Part shown: one piece after another, positions 28,001 to 43,524 of the stretch
How the letters are laid out: every line of letters begins with the position of its first letter
Position numbering within the stretch: position 1 is the stretch's first letter
From: the human T2T-CHM13v2.0 reference genome, Homo sapiens
Assembly (NCBI RefSeq): GCF_009914755.1
Contig: NC_060934.1
Strand: one strand, 5' to 3'
Length of the DNA: 64,000 nucleotides
Notes under the pieces: model-generated
Told to the model about the DNA's origin: nothing
The model's input: the letters and a program-made list of their open reading frames with translations, nothing else
Databases searched by the model: none
Position numbers and translations under genes: made by a program

Positions 28001-28295
28001 AGCTGGGCATGGTGGCTCACACATGTAATCCCAGCACTTTGGGAGATTGAGGCAGATGGATCACCTGAGGTCAGGAGTTCTAGACCAGCCTGGCCAACAT
28101 GGTGAAACCCCGTCTCTACCAAAAATACAAAAATTATCCCGTTATCCTGGCATGGTGGTGTGCGCCCATAATCCCAGCTACTCAGGAGACTGAGGCACAA
28201 GAATCACTTGAACCCGGGAGGCACAGGTTGCAGGGGGCTGAGATCGCCCCACTGCACTCCAACCTGGGCGACAGAGCGAGACTCAATCTCAAAAA
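28001..28295 (+). mobile_element. AluS-type element in L1
   Basis: Dimer; TSD aaaatgaatc; tail almost absent. Confidence 0.93.
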
Positions 28296-29372
28296 TGAAT
28301 CAAAGATCTAAACATAATAGCTAAAACTGTAACTCTTAAAATACAGAGGGATTTGGCAATTATTTCTTGGACATGACACCAATAGTACAGGCAACAAAGG
28401 AGAAAAATAGGTAAATTGGAATTTATCAAAATTAAAACCTTTTGTGCATTAAAGGTTACCATCAACAAAGTGAAAAGGCAAATCATATACCTGATAAGGG
28501 AGGGATTAATATCCAGAATATATAAAGAGCAATTCTACAACAACAACAGCAAAAACAACCCCCAAAATGGGCTAAGGATTTGAACGGATATTTCTTCAAA
28601 GAAGATATATAGATGGCCACAAGCACATGAAAAGATGTCCAGCATCACTTATCATTAGGGAAATGCAAATCAAAACTGCAATGAGAAATCCCTTTGCACC
28701 CATTGGTATGCCTGTTATAAACAAAATGAAAAGGAAAATAGAAGTACTGTGAGAATGTGGAGACACTGGAACCTTTATGCATTACTGGTGGGAATGTAAA
28801 ATGGTTCAACTGCTGTAGGAAATGGTATAGCAGTTCTTCATTCAACACAGAATTAACAAATGATCTAGCAATTCCACTCCTGGGTCTACACCCAAAAGAA
28901 CTTAAAGCAAGGACTAAAACAGATATTTGTATACCCATTTACATAGCACAATTATTCACAATAACCAATTAGTGGAAGAAATCCAAATGTCTACTGATGG
29001 ATGAATGGATAAACAAAATGTGGCATATACATAAAGTTGAATATCATTCAGCCTCAAAAAGAAATGAAATTCTGACACATACTACAACATAGATGAACCT
29101 TGAAGACATTATGCTAAGTGAAATAAGTCGCACAAAAATACAAATACTGTATGATTTGTACACCATACAGGTACCTAGAGTAGTCAAATTCATAGAGACA
29201 GAATGTAAAATGGTGGTTGCCAGGGGGTTGGGCGAAAGGAGAATGGAGAGTTAGTGTTTAATTGATACAGTTGGATAAGATAAAAGAGTTTTGGAGATGG
29301 ATGGTAGTGTGGTCAAACAACAATGTGAATGTGCTTAATGCCACTGAACTGTATACTTAAAAATGCCTAAAA

Positions 29373-29668
<296 letters not shown>

Positions 29669-30161
29669 TTACCTAAAATGGTACTCCACATTATGTATAT
29701 TTTATCACAATAAAAAAATTAAAAAATATGTAATCCATAAATCCATGCAACTGTGCACTCAGAAACTACAGTATACCATTGTAACCACTCTGATTGTGGA
29801 AAATCCACTCTTCCCTCAGCATGCCCTGTGTGGCATATGTGATTTGTAGTTCTCTGAAATCTTAATCAAGAAAGGGCATCAGCATAAAATGTGTATTACA
29901 TATTACATAAAGCTTAATTCTTTATTTTTTTCAGAGAAAAAAATAGAAGCTCTAATGTTTTCTTCTCGGACTGTGCCCTTTTGGAGGGACCATTTGTTTA
30001 AAGGAAAGGAAGAAAAGAGAGGCCAACAAAGACTGACAAGGTATAGTGAGCAAGGTCTGAGAATAACAAAAACAGTGTGTGCCTTGGAAGCAAAAGGAAG
30101 AAGGGGAGATAGAGTAGTTCACTGTGTACAATGCTGTTTGCAGGAGAGTAAGTTAAATGCA

Positions 30162-30478
<317 letters not shown>

Positions 30479-30597
30479 GTGCAGAGATGGGATCCTGGGG
30501 TTGGCAACATAAAGGACAGCAGAGACCTCGGCAAGAGTGATCTCCATGGTGTGATATGGACGGAAACTGGATGGAGTGGATTGAAGACAAGGTATGA

Positions 30598-31033
<436 letters not shown>

Positions 31034-31039
31034 TGTTAT

Positions 31040-32620
31040 TGTTGTTTTATTATGGCAGATTACAGCATGTTTGGATGCTGGCAGGAAAAATCTAGAGGAA
31101 CTGTAGAAGCAGAGTTCTTGAGCACAAGAAAGAGGACAGGGTCCAGAGCCACTGGGAGGAGATGGCAGAGAGAGGAGCGGGGTGGGGTGTGGGCAGGTAA
31201 TACAGTGACTTTGGTGAAGGAGGGTTGAAGAGGGTCTTGTCTGATGAAGTGAGGTGAAGGAAGGAGAACTGTACATAGGTTACCTGATGGGAAAGAAGGT
31301 ATTACATACCCAGCTTGGAGTTGGAAGAGGAAATATTTCAGGGATGTAAGAGGATCCTGGGAAGTACTGAGTACCCTTTGAGATCTGCAGTTACAGATTT
31401 ATAGTGAGACTGTTCAGCAGGGCCATGTGTTTTTCTTCAGCAACACTTGGCTACTCAGGGACAGGCACAGCACAGACAGATGGTTGGTCTTAACCAGATT
31501 GGGGCTTTGCCAAAGTACAGCGGAGGAGAGAGACAAGAAGGAAGTTAATGAGGGTTGCAAAGCGTGCATTGGTGAAAGGTAGAAAGAGAATATTAGGGTG
31601 CAGACAGGGTTGGGTCCTTGTTGATGAAAAGGTCGTTGTCATAACAGTGGGTATCTGAAGTGGGTTAAGGAAGAGATATTTGGAGGCAAGAAGTCAAGGG
31701 ACTGAGAGGCCATGGTACAAATGTGTGGCAGTGGGGCTATGTCACTGCAGCACAGGGCTTAGGACAGTCTAATCTGATCCTCCACAGTTCCACCTTGGCC
31801 AGAGATGTGGTTTTTGCTCCATGCCTCTATCCCTACACAAGATGACCAAGTTCTCCACCTTCTGATCAAGGACATTAGTAAATGTCCAGAAACAACGGGA
31901 TGTCCCCAGTGGGTGGGAGCTTCCTTCCCGCTTGATGCTTGTTCGGCACTGAGTCCTGTCTACTCCACTTCCTGGTTCTTGCCACTGTGAGTCTGTCTTG
32001 CCCTCCCCCGCCCCGCCCCCTTTCATTTCAAGAACTCTGTTCTTTCTAGGCTTTCCTCTTCTTTGCAAACCATTTCCATTACCCTCTCTTTCTAGGTAAG
32101 CCTGTGTCAGAGTCTTTTTGTCTCATATTCACAGCAGAGGCATATGTGAGTTTTTGCTTCTTCATTGTGTGCTGGGATAGAGGAAAACTGCCTTCAGGCT
32201 TTTAGAGAGAGCAAAAAGAGGAGATAAATACACAGAAAACACTCAGGAAATTAGAGATGCACCCTGTCTCAGATGGATTATCCACAAGGCCATTGGAGTC
32301 ATCAGAAAATGAAGACAGGAGTAGACGTGGAAGAGAGTGGGCCCAGTGTGAAAGTCATCAGTGATTGAGGGGGAGGATCAAGACAGATAGATGCCAGCAA
32401 CAGAGGGGCAGCAGATGGAAAGTTTGTTGATGTGAACTTTGAAGGACAGTAGGAGTCATAAAGCCTGGAGACAGCATTTGGGGAGCAAAGAGGATTGTCT
32501 CCTCCTCCAGGTCCCGGGTGTCTGAAGCCTAAGAGGGATAAACAGTCTGCACTTTGGAGGCAAAATGCTGTATCAGGAGGCAAAGAGCTTTCCATTGCAG
32601 ATGGAAAGGTCTATAAGGAA
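31040..32620 (-). mobile_element. Degenerate L2 5'/endonuclease-region fragments
   Basis: Purine-rich + strand; minus-strand PLLLASI...STPVFIF near 32290-32420 resembles L2 EN PLLVAVIY...TPVIILGDFN; 31760-32280 may be unrelated. Confidence 0.5.
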
Positions 32621-33883
32621 CAAGATCCTCTGTCTGTCATGTTCAGCTTCACATCTCCAGCACCTTGTACAATGCAATGAGTGCCTGATGTGTGCTCAAC
32701 AAATGTGTGTTGAGTAAGTGGAAGGGAAGTTAACTGAATCTGGTATTTATATTTCAGTCACATGCCACAACCCCATCACTCTTCGGAAGAAATGACAGTC
32801 TCTATCTTACTGACCCAGGAGATATGACTCTCAGGGGGAACAAAGAACCTTCCTGGAGCCTTGTACATATTCGTGATGCCCAACAGAGCACCAATAACAG
32901 CACCTGATTATGCCCTTTGCTCACCTCTTAGCTCCCATTACCTCTAGCAGCGACAGAAGATAATAACTCAAGTGTTCTCTGTCCTTCTGATTGATCTGGC
33001 TTTCTATTGTTAAGAGTTTTGGGGAATTTTACAGGCCATTAAGTAATAAACCTTTGTTCTCCCTCTTAGCTCAAAACCAAATAAGAAATAGATGCTAGAA
33101 TCAAGCATACTGACATAAAAATACCAGCTTTATTACTGATAAGACTTAACTGAAGATTACAATCTGAGCTATAGCCATTATCAGTATCCCTAAAAAGTCC
33201 CCTTCTCTACAGGACTCTGCTGACCTTGGAAAGGTTCAGGAAAGGTGGGCAAGGAGTAGTTGACCTTCATCAACAAAGAAAATTTAGAGAAGACTGGACC
33301 ACACATGCTCTGTCCTTTCAAAAATAAATTACTTCCCAGGTTTGGGGAGAAGTGAGTGAAGGGACAGAGAAAACCTTGAAGGTTCCTCCCATATTTCTCT
33401 CTCTTACTGAGTGGACATTTTCTCCTTTCTTTGAAAATATGAAGAGGAGGATAGAGGGCTTCCTTCTAACACATACTAACTTTTAATTCTCCTACTGTGC
33501 TCAGTTCAGTATATGGTCAACCAGGATGGGCTGTTCCCATAGAAAAAGGGATCTGCTGCTTCTCAGGAAGGTGCTTCCCGCCTTCAGGGGAGACCCTTCC
33601 TCACCAACCATATCAGCCCCGGTTGATTCATACATCTTTCTAACATCACTGGTTGAACATTTAAATTTTCCCCACTGAAATGTCTGAAATGGTGAGAAGA
33701 ATAACTATTGAATTAATCATACATCTACTAATTTGACCTGTCTTCCCACCCTTTTCTGTCTTCCCAGACTCTTCTGCTGTGACCTCTGGATCTCATGATA
33801 TATCATTCGTAAACTCCCCTATCCCCCTAACATCTGGCTGGTTAAAATGTGAGTCATGGTACGTTTTAACACCAAAACATAAC

Positions 33884-34248
33884 TGCTAGGGTTTGAATGT
33901 GTCCGCTCCAAAATGCAGGAGTTGCCAATGTGATAGTATTAAGATATGGGGCCTTTAAGAGGTGGTTAGACCATGAACCATGAGGACCTCTCCCTAGTGA
34001 ATGAGATTAAGGCTCTTATACAAGAGGCTTCACACAGCCTTGGGCTCTCTTGTCTTTTAGCCTTCCGTGATGTAAGAACATAGTGTTCCTCCCCTCCAGA
34101 GGATGCAGCCCTTACCAGATAACCAAATCTGCTGGTGTCATGAGCTTAGACTTCCCAGCCTCCAGAATTGTCAAAAAATGAACTTATTTTCTTTATAAAT
34201 TACCCAGTCTGTGGTATTCCGTTATAACAGCACAAGTGAACCAAGACA
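33884..34248 (+). mobile_element. MaLR solo LTR (MSTC/MSTD-like)
   Basis: tgctagggtttgaatgtgtcc...ttataaattacccagtctgtggtattc...aagaca. Confidence 0.85.
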
Positions 34249-34259
34249 CATACATAGCT

Positions 34260-37200
34260 ATCAGTTAAATTTCTGGGTCATTTAATAACTCTATGTTTAA
34301 GTTTCTAAGGAATCGCCAAGCTGTTTTCCAAGTGGTTGTATCATTCCACTTCTCTACCAGCAATATATGAGGGTTCCCATTTTATAGCCTCACCAACACT
34401 TATTATCTTCTGTTTTTTAAAATTATAGCTATCCTAGTGGGTGTGAAGTGGTATCTCATTTTGGTTTTAATTGCATTTTCCTAGTGACTATGCCACTAAG
34501 CATCTTTTCACGTGCTTATTATATATTTGCATATCTTCTTTGGAAAAATGTCTACTTAAATCATTTGCTTATTTTAAATTGAGTAGTCTTTTTATTAATG
34601 AGTTATAAGAATTCTTTATATATTCCGAACATAATTTCCTCATCTGAGACATACAAATATTTTCTTTATTCTGTGGGTGTTTTTTCACTTTCTTGATGGT
34701 ACCCTTTGAAGCACAAAAGATTTTAGTTATGATGAAGTACAATTTATGTGTTTTTTTGTTGCTGTGTTTCTGGAACCCATAGCCTAATCCAAGGTCATAA
34801 AGATTTATGCCTATGTTTCCTTCTAAGAGTTTTGTATTTTAGTCCTTTTCCCCCTTTTTGGTAATAGCTTTATTGAGATATAATTCATATGCCATACAAT
34901 TCATCCATTTAAAGTATACAATCCAATAGTATTTAGTGTAGTCATGGAGTTGTGTAACCATCACAATTAATTTTAGAACATTTTCATCACCTCCAAAAAA
35001 AGTCCTGTACCATTTAGCTATCATGTCCTATTCTTCTCAACCCAACTCCCCAGCCTGAGGCAACTGCTAATCTACTTTCAGTCTCCATAGATCTGCCTAT
35101 TCTAGAAATTTCATATAACTGGAATCACATTTGTGGTCTTCTGTGACTGGCTCTTTCACTTAGCATAATGCTTTCAAGGTTCAACCAGGTTGTAGCATAT
35201 ATCAGTACTTCATTCAGGCCAAATAATGTTCCATTGTATGGATATATCACTTTTGCCTATCCATTCATTGGTTGATGGACATTTGAGTTATTCCTATTTT
35301 GGGAATATTATAAACAATATTGCTATAAATATTCTCTCAATTTTTATTTATCTGAGGATGTTTTAATTTTTCTTTCATTTTTGAAGGATAGTGTTTCTGA
35401 AAAAATGCTTGATTGACAGTGTTTTCTTTCAGCATTTTGAATATATCATTCCACTGCCTTCTGGCCTCCACGATTTCTGATATATAACCAGCTGTTAATC
35501 TCTTTGAAGATTCCTTGTACTTGACATGTCTCTTCACTCTTGCTGCTTTCAAGATTATCTCTGTCTTTGCCTTTAGTCCCTTTTGTTATAATGTGTCTGG
35601 GTGTGTATCTCTTTGAGTTTATCCTCCTTAGAGTTTCTTGAGCTGCTGGGATGTGCAGATTAATGGTTTACATCAAATTTTAGAAGTTTGGCCATTATTT
35701 CTTCCATCATTTGTTTTTCCCCTTTTTCTTCATCCTTGGAATTCTCATTATGTGTATGTTAGTATCCTTCATGGTGTCTTACAGGTCTTTGAGTTTCTGT
35801 TCATTTTTCTTTGTTCTTTTTTTCTTTCTGTTCCTTGGACTAGATAATCTGAAATCAACTGTCTTCAGTTTTGCAGACTCTTGTGCCAGCTAAAATGTTC
35901 TGTTGAGCCCCAGAAGCTAATTTTCTTTTCAGTTATTATGATTTTCAGCTTTAGAATTTATTTTTTTAATATAATTTCTACCTCTTTTTTATATTCTCCA
36001 TTTGGTGAGACATTCACATACTTTCTTCCAGTTTTTTTTTAGACGTAGTTTCCTTGAGTTCTTTGAGCATATTTAAAATAGTTGATTTAAAGTATTTGTC
36101 TAGTTACTCCACCATCTGAGTTTCCTCAGGGAAAATTTCTATTGCCTCCTTTTTTCCTGTGTGTGGTCGGTCCATACTTTCTTATTTCCTTGCATTTCTC
36201 ACAATTTTTTGTTAAAAATGGGATGTTTTAAATTATATAATGTGACAAATATGGAAATCAGATTTCCCTTCAATTCTCAGGGTTTGTTTTTGCTATTTGT
36301 TTTTTAGTGAGTTTCCTGAATTCATTCTCCAAAGTATGATTTTTTTTTCATGTGTGACCACTGATATCTCTTCTTGGTTATCTTAATGGGCAGTTAATGA
36401 CTGTACAGAGATTTCCTTAAACTCTTGGAACCAACAAGCCTGCCAGCCTTTGCTGAGGGGTGTTGTGTGCATATTGGGATTTGCCTCCAATGTTCAGACA
36501 GGCAGTTTACAATTCTGCTTCAAATTTCACTTTCTGCTTGCACAGAGACTGATAGTTAGCCAGAGGCGAGGGTTTAGGACCATCTCAGCAATTTCCTGGG
36601 CATGCGCATGCACACAGCCCTGTGCATATGTGTAGCCTTCTAGTTTCCCAGGAATATATCAGAGCTTTTCAAAGCTTATTATTAATATCTTATTCTCCCG
36701 CATTTCCTTTTAAGTTTTTGGTCAGCTTGTTGTTTGTCCTAGCTGTTATCATCACAAGCCTCGTGCAGCTGTAATGTTAAATAATTGCCACTAATTGTTT
36801 TTGACAAATACCTTTGGGTAAAATGCTGTTCATGGTGAGTGCTCCCTGAGTCGGGTCGAATAAAGACAAGTCTTATGAGTGAGATTTTCCAGGAACCTGC
36901 CAGACAGGTCACGTAATGACCATTATCTAGGAATGGGGCTTCAACATTCTGTTCCCTCCAGTGGCTTCTAGATTGTTAGCTTTCACCATGATTGCAGTTC
37001 TCTTTGTTTTCAAGGCTACTCTAGAGCTGGGGAGAGGAGCATGAGGACAGAGTAGGTTAAAATGCCATCAAGCCTCCTGTTCTTACCAGGATTCAGCCAT
37101 TTTTCTTGCCTAAGCACTCAAATTTTTGCAAGCCTTTGGTTAATTTTCAGAGTTATGAAAAGTTGAATTTGACAGTTGTTTTTTTTTTTTGCCAGTGTTC

Positions 37201-37260
37201 TTGTTGCTTTTATGGAGAAATAAATTTTCAGAGGTTCTTACTCTGCCATCCTTGAACTAT
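34260..37260 (-). mobile_element. Antisense L1M/L1MB block (ORF2 end, nested L1MB 3'UTR about 34850-35335, ORF1/5' region about 35335-37260)
   Basis: ORF 35337 resembles L1 ORF1 (RLTAGYISEIVEARRQWNDIFKMLKE); typical antisense L1 3'UTR text. Confidence 0.88.
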
Positions 37261-37279
37261 TGTCCAGGTCCCAGTATTA

Positions 37280-38150
37280 TTTTTTTAACTTTTTATTTTG
37301 ACAAAATTATGAAATCACCTGCAGTTGTAGGAAGTAATACAAAGAAATCTCATATACCTTTTACTCAGTTTCTTTTCATGGTAACAGCTTGCATAACTAG
37401 AGTACAATATCCTAACCAGAAAACTTATACTGCTGCAAACTATTGACTTTATTCAGTTGTTACCAGATTTGCATACATTCACTTGTGTATGTGTGGTGTG
37501 TGTGTGTGTGTGTGTGTATGCATAAGTAGGTGTGTTTAGTTCTATGCAATTTTACCACGGTTAAGTTACATAATGGTTCTATCACAACGATCCTTCATGT
37601 TATTCTTTATTCCTTCATAGCCAGTCATGTCAACTCTTCCCCAAACCACCACTCCTAACATCTGTTCTCTAAGTCTATAATGTCATCTCAAGAGTGTCAT
37701 GGAGTATATCATTCAATGAAATATCATTTGGCAATTAAAAGACAGTACTGACACATGGCACAACATGGATGAACCTTGAAAATATGCCACGTGAAAGAAG
37801 CCAAGCACAAAGGATCACACAACGGATGACTCCATTTCTTTTTGAAATGTCCAGAATAGACAAATCTGTAGAGACAGAAAGGAGATTAGTAGTTGCCATG
37901 GGCTGGGTGGGATGGGGGGAATTTTTGGTGATGGCTAAGTGATCTAGAAGGGAGGGCTTAATAAAAATGTCCTAAGATTGATTGTGGTGATGGTTGCACC
38001 TCTGTGAATATACTAAAAGCCATTGAATTGTACACTTTAAATGGGTGAATTACATGGCACGTGAACTATATCTCAATAAAGGTGTTTTTTAAAAAAAGAA
38101 TGCAATGGAAATAGAGTCAGACAATAGGTGACTCTCTGAGACTGGTCCTA
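37280..38150. mobile_element. Antisense L1MC-type 3'UTR with a sense L1M 3' fragment (about 37704-38095) inserted
   Basis: Orientation switch flanked by imperfect direct repeat aagagtgtcatgga / aagaatgcaatgga; (TG)n at about 37497-37516. Confidence 0.7.
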
Positions 38151-39224
38151 TCATTTTAAAGCAAAAGTTTGGTCCCAGAGAAAGTATCTGTTGCAGATGT
38201 AGTAGATACATAATAATACAGTACAGAAAAGTTAGATATGAGCTATCATAGTTGAGTGTGGTAAGAGGTCACTTGGCATGGTCAGAAGGAAGGGGAGAAC
38301 CTGCCAGCTCTCAGAGGAGTCTAGGTGGGATTACCATGCACATATAAATACAATCCAGGTGGGTCTCTTTTCAAGTCTACTCCAAGGATGAGATTTCTCA
38401 ACTCTTTCTGGAACTGGACCCAAATGGGATGGATGAAAATAAGCTGTTTCAGCTCAATTCAGATAAGGCTTTTATTGGAAGAGAAAGCCAACAACGATAG
38501 AAATTTACACATACACTGAGGTTCACCGCCTCAGCTGCTTCTAGATTCACAGATAAAAACCATAGAGCAGAGTTCCTTTCTGTACTTGGCACAGAGATTA
38601 AACACCCTCATATGTGGCTCTTATCTTGTTTTGTACTTTTACTTCCCTCCGCACTAGATCATTACAAAGCTTTCTACTGGGAGAGACACGTTTCTAGACC
38701 TTATGTAATTATTTTCTGGTAGAAATGGAGTGACTCATTCAACTATAGAACGCTGTCCCTTGATCAGTGTTATCGTGGTTACTCACCATCGATCAGCATT
38801 CAGTAGAAGTAAGCTTGATTGCAATTAGCCTTTGTAGATCAGTGCATGATATAGTTTCAAAGCTAGAAATTTGAGAATTGAACATTTTCAAAAAGAGCTC
38901 CTAAAGGCAAATCCTTTAATAATTTCAAAATATCAAGAACTCACAATTTTCTGAGATAGATAGCTTATATGAATGGTCTCTATTTGAGAGAGAGAGAGAG
39001 AGGTAAAAGGTTATTTGCCGTTACTCTGACACTGGGTTCCTGCCCATTGTGTATTGCACTTTCACAGTAGAACAAAACTGCAAGAGTAATTAATCCTTAA
39101 CTGGCTAAATAAACTCTCTCTCACAGAGCATTACCTTCTCTGACTTTAGAGATATTAACTACCGTAGAAATGTTTCACAAACGTGGTATTTCATGAACGT
39201 TAGAACAGAGTTCATTCTCTAAAC

Positions 39225-39547
39225 CAGGGTTGGCAAACGTTTTCTGTAAAGGGCTAGATATTAACTATTTTAGATTTTGTGGACCACGTAGTCTCTGTTG
39301 AAACTAATCTACTCTGCCATGGTAGCCCAAACACAGCCATAGATAATAAGTAAATGAAGAGGTATGACTGTGTTCCAACGAAGCTTTATTTGTGAACACT
39401 GAAGTTTGAATTTTATATCAATTTCCACTGTTATAAAAATGTTGTTTTGATTTTTTTTCCAAAAATTTTTTTTTCTTAGTTCACAGGCTCTATAGAAACA
39501 GGGATGGAGCCAGATTTGGCCTGTGGGGCTTCGTCTGTCTGCTCCTG
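39225..39547 (+). mobile_element. MER58B-like hAT-Charlie MITE
   Basis: cagggttggcaaac...cctg termini; near-8-bp TSD ctctaaac/ctctaact. Confidence 0.85.
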
Positions 39548-39619
39548 CTCTAACTGATGGAAGAGTAAAAACATCATAGGCTGTACAGAAGAGTGGTTTG
39601 GAAGCTGTGACTTGGTATC

Positions 39620-39820
39620 AGGCAGATATGAGTTTGAATACTGGCTTTTCCACTCACTAGGTGTATGACCTTGGGCAAGTTACACAACCTGTTTAAACCT
39701 CAGCGTCCTCATCTATAAAAGTGAGGATGATAACAGCCACTAATAGGAATGCTGTAAAAATTAAATGAAATAATACATGTATGTTTAGCACATACATGGT
39801 CATAGTGAATGCAGTTAAAC
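39620..39820 (+). mobile_element. MIR SINE
   Basis: tgaccttgggcaagttac...cctcatctataaaa MIR core. Confidence 0.85.
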
Positions 39821-39899
39821 CTACAGCAAGTGTCATGAGAAGTACAAAGCCTTTCCTTTTCTCAGATCTGTATCCGCACCCTGGAATTCATAGAGGGAT

Positions 39900-40645
39900 A
39901 TTTATCAAGACAGTATGGATCAGGCCAAATCTTAGAGTCATTCCTGAGTCCTATTCTCTTTTCCCCCCATTCAATTCAGCAGCAAATCATGTCTTCTCTA
40001 ACTTCAAAATTTTCCCAGAATCTGACCATTTCTCCACAACCATCACCCTAATCCATGCCACCATCAACTCTCATCTGGTCTTTCTGGTTCCACCCTTGCC
40101 TCCTCTCACCTAATCTCTGCAGAAATGCTTCTAAAATATAACTCAGATTGCTTCATTCCTCTTCCCCAAACCCTCTAATCATTCATGCAGAGGAAAATCC
40201 CAGGTCCTTACCATCTAAGCCCTCTGGTCTCCTACACTCTTCCCCTTGCTCCCTCAGCCCCAGCCAGAGTGGCATCGTTGTCCTTCAAAACTGTCAATCC
40301 TGCTCCCACTTCCCACTTAATATTTGTTGGTATGTCTGTCTGGAATGTTCTTCTCCCAGATAACAAAGTAGTTTCAATTTTACTAGTTCCCTCACGTCAC
40401 TGCCCAAATATAATATTATTAGAAAAGCATTTCCTGACTCTCCTTAAATGATCTCATCCTACTTGGTGGTCATATTACCACCTCCCACTATATTTCATAT
40501 TTATTTGTGGATTGGATGCCTCCCCCTTCTAGAAGGTAAGCTCATGAAAGCAGACTTTATGTATCTTGTTTACAGCTGCATCCTCAATGTCTAAAACAGT
40601 GCCTGACACTGAGTAGTTTCAAATTTGTTGAGTGAATTAATAAAT
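39900..40645 (+). mobile_element. L2 3' region
   Basis: L2 3' end ctagaaggtaagctc...acagtgcctgacac...tttgttgagtgaat. Confidence 0.75.
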
Positions 40646-40901
40646 GACTTTTTGCTGCTCTAAAATTTTCTCAAGTTCGTGAGCTTCTTGAGTATTATTC
40701 TTATATTCATTAGATTATATGTTTTGCTGTGTATAAGAAACAGATTAGAGAGAAATTAATTTACTTATTTATTACTCAAGATTCTGGAGGTAGGAGATTT
40801 AGATTCCAATGTCTGCTTGTTACCAAGTTCCAAAGTCACTTCCACATTTTCAGATATCTTTATAGCAATGCCCCATTCCTTGGTACCAATTTTCCATTTT
40901 A

Positions 40902-41303
<402 letters not shown>

Positions 41304-41316
41304 TTAGTTGGCTCAC

Positions 41317-41668
41317 TGATATGGTTTGGCTATGTCCCCACCCAAGTCTCGTCTTGAATTCCCTCATGTTGTGGGAGGGACCCAGTGGGAGGTAATTAAA
41401 TCATGGGGGCAAGTCTTTCCCATGCTGTTCTCGTGACAGTGAATAAATCTCATGAGATCTGACGGTTTTATAAAGAGGAGTTCCCCTGCACAAGCTCTCT
41501 TTGTCTGCTGCCATCCATGTAAGACATGACTTGCTCCTCCTTGCCTTCTGCCATGATTGTGAGGCCTCCCCAGCCATGTGGAACTGTGAGTCCATTAAAC
41601 CTTTTAACTGTATAAATTACCCAGTCTCAGGGATGTCTTTATTAGCAGTGTGAAAATGGACTAATACA
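41317..41668 (+). mobile_element. THE1 (THE1B/C-like) solo LTR inside the MST LTR
   Basis: tgatatggtttggct...ggactaataca; 5-bp TSD ctcac/ctcat. Confidence 0.92.
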
Positions 41669-41968
41669 CTCATAGTTCAGCAGTCTGTACAGGAAGCATG
41701 GTGGCTTCTGCTTCTGGGGAGGCCTCAGGGATCTTTTACTCAGGAGATTTGTCCAGGTAATGAGGCTTCCTCTAATTTGTTGCTATGATTTCTAAAGTGT
41801 GTTGTCCTTTTCTGAATGATCCACAATGGGTCTCTATTATATATATACTTATTTCAAGCAGCAGGAAGGAGGAAGAGGTGGGAAAGCCACACATAGACTC
41901 TATTTAAGGATACGTTCTGTAAATTGTACGAAACATTTCCACTCACTTCTCATTGTAAAATTTTATCA

Positions 41969-42133
<165 letters not shown>

Positions 42134-42520
42134 TCAGTAGCCTTATGTCCAGCTAAGAATCAGTATCTCTATTTCTGTAAGGGAGGAGCAAATATGCATT
42201 GGGAGGGGGTTAGTCTTTGTTGTAGTTCTCTGTATATTTTTTTCTCCTCATTTCAAAAAAATGTAGCCAAACCTAGGAGGCCCTCACTGAGTCCTGATTC
42301 TTGGCCCAAGTGCTGGAGAAACTGCCTGGATAGTCAGTATTCCTTCGCTATAGTAAGATGCTAGGAAACTGGCTTTTTGTTGAATTGGGTTTATTAATCG
42401 AATTGATAATTCATTTTCTTCAGATTTACATTCCAAAAAAAGGAAGTGTTTTCTGAATATTTGAAATTATCTTTCTTAGTTTGCATAGCTTAGTACCTGA
42501 TATCCTCTGAAATAGCCATT

Positions 42521-43524
42521 CTGGGTTAGCTTCACGGGCCTGTGACCTATGCAATTACACAGGGCTCCACACTGGGTCAATGCTCTTCTGTCTCCATCTT
42601 GCAGTTCTTAATAATGTTATCTTTGAATCTGCGCTTTGTAAGTGAAGTCCAAAGGGAAAATGCAGCGTGCACCTGAGCAGAGGCTGAATACATGTAATAC
42701 ACATGCCATCACTGGCTGGCCTTTTTGCATATAGAGTTGAGATACCCATGAACACAGAATGCCAGTGGACATTCAATGGATGGGAACTGTGAGACTCAAA
42801 GCACATATAAGTAAGCGTTTTATATGTCTTGACTGAGTGAGCTGGGCACTGGCAGCCCTGGGAAGCCAAGCTTTGTGTTCAAACCTTGCCTCACTTTGAA
42901 TCCTGAAAGAAGGCTGTAGTGTTCCAAGCAACACAAATAACTGACTAACTCTATGATATCCTACCTTACTTGTGTTACTTCTCCATGTGAGTCAACTACT
43001 TTTGCTGAAAAGGATGATGTACAAGAAAGGGAAAGATAGCTCCTTTTCCTTTCAGTTCTTCTTAACGTCAGTAAGTCAAAAGTAGAAAGTGTTGGTAGAA
43101 CATGCAGGCATTAAGAAGTGAAATAACAACAGTTGAGTCAATTTTGTATGGTGTTGTTCTGTTAAGAACAAAATACATAGGCGTGTGAGAACTACAAAAT
43201 ACAAATTGTGTAAGTTCAGCAATTCTGCATACGAATTAAATGCTCTTATATTTATATTGAAACCGGCTATGCACAATATAAAGATGAATGCTAAACCATG
43301 ATAATAATTTACAATTTTAATTTTTCTTTACTTAAAGTGATGTTTTCTTTACTTAAAGTGACAAAATAAAAAGCACCATGGCCTGTTGAGAGAGCGAGAC
43401 TGCAGAAGAAAGGAAAAGCTTTATAGTATTTTACCATCTTTTATGGTACGTTTCTCTCTTGCTTTTTGAACAAGTCCTGCATTTTCATTTTGCACTGGGC
43501 TTTGCCAATTATGCATCCAGCTCA
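42521..43524 (+). mobile_element. MER45B-like hAT-Tip100 element
   Basis: MER45 left end (gcttcacgggcctgtgacctatgcaattacacaggg) and right end (tttttgaacaag...cattttcattttgcactgggc); about 1 kb long. Confidence 0.75.

Noticed and set aside
27265-28972. L1 ORF2-like ORFs as a functional reverse transcriptase
   Set aside because: Frameshifted, 5'-truncated and interrupted by an Alu; dead L1M copy.
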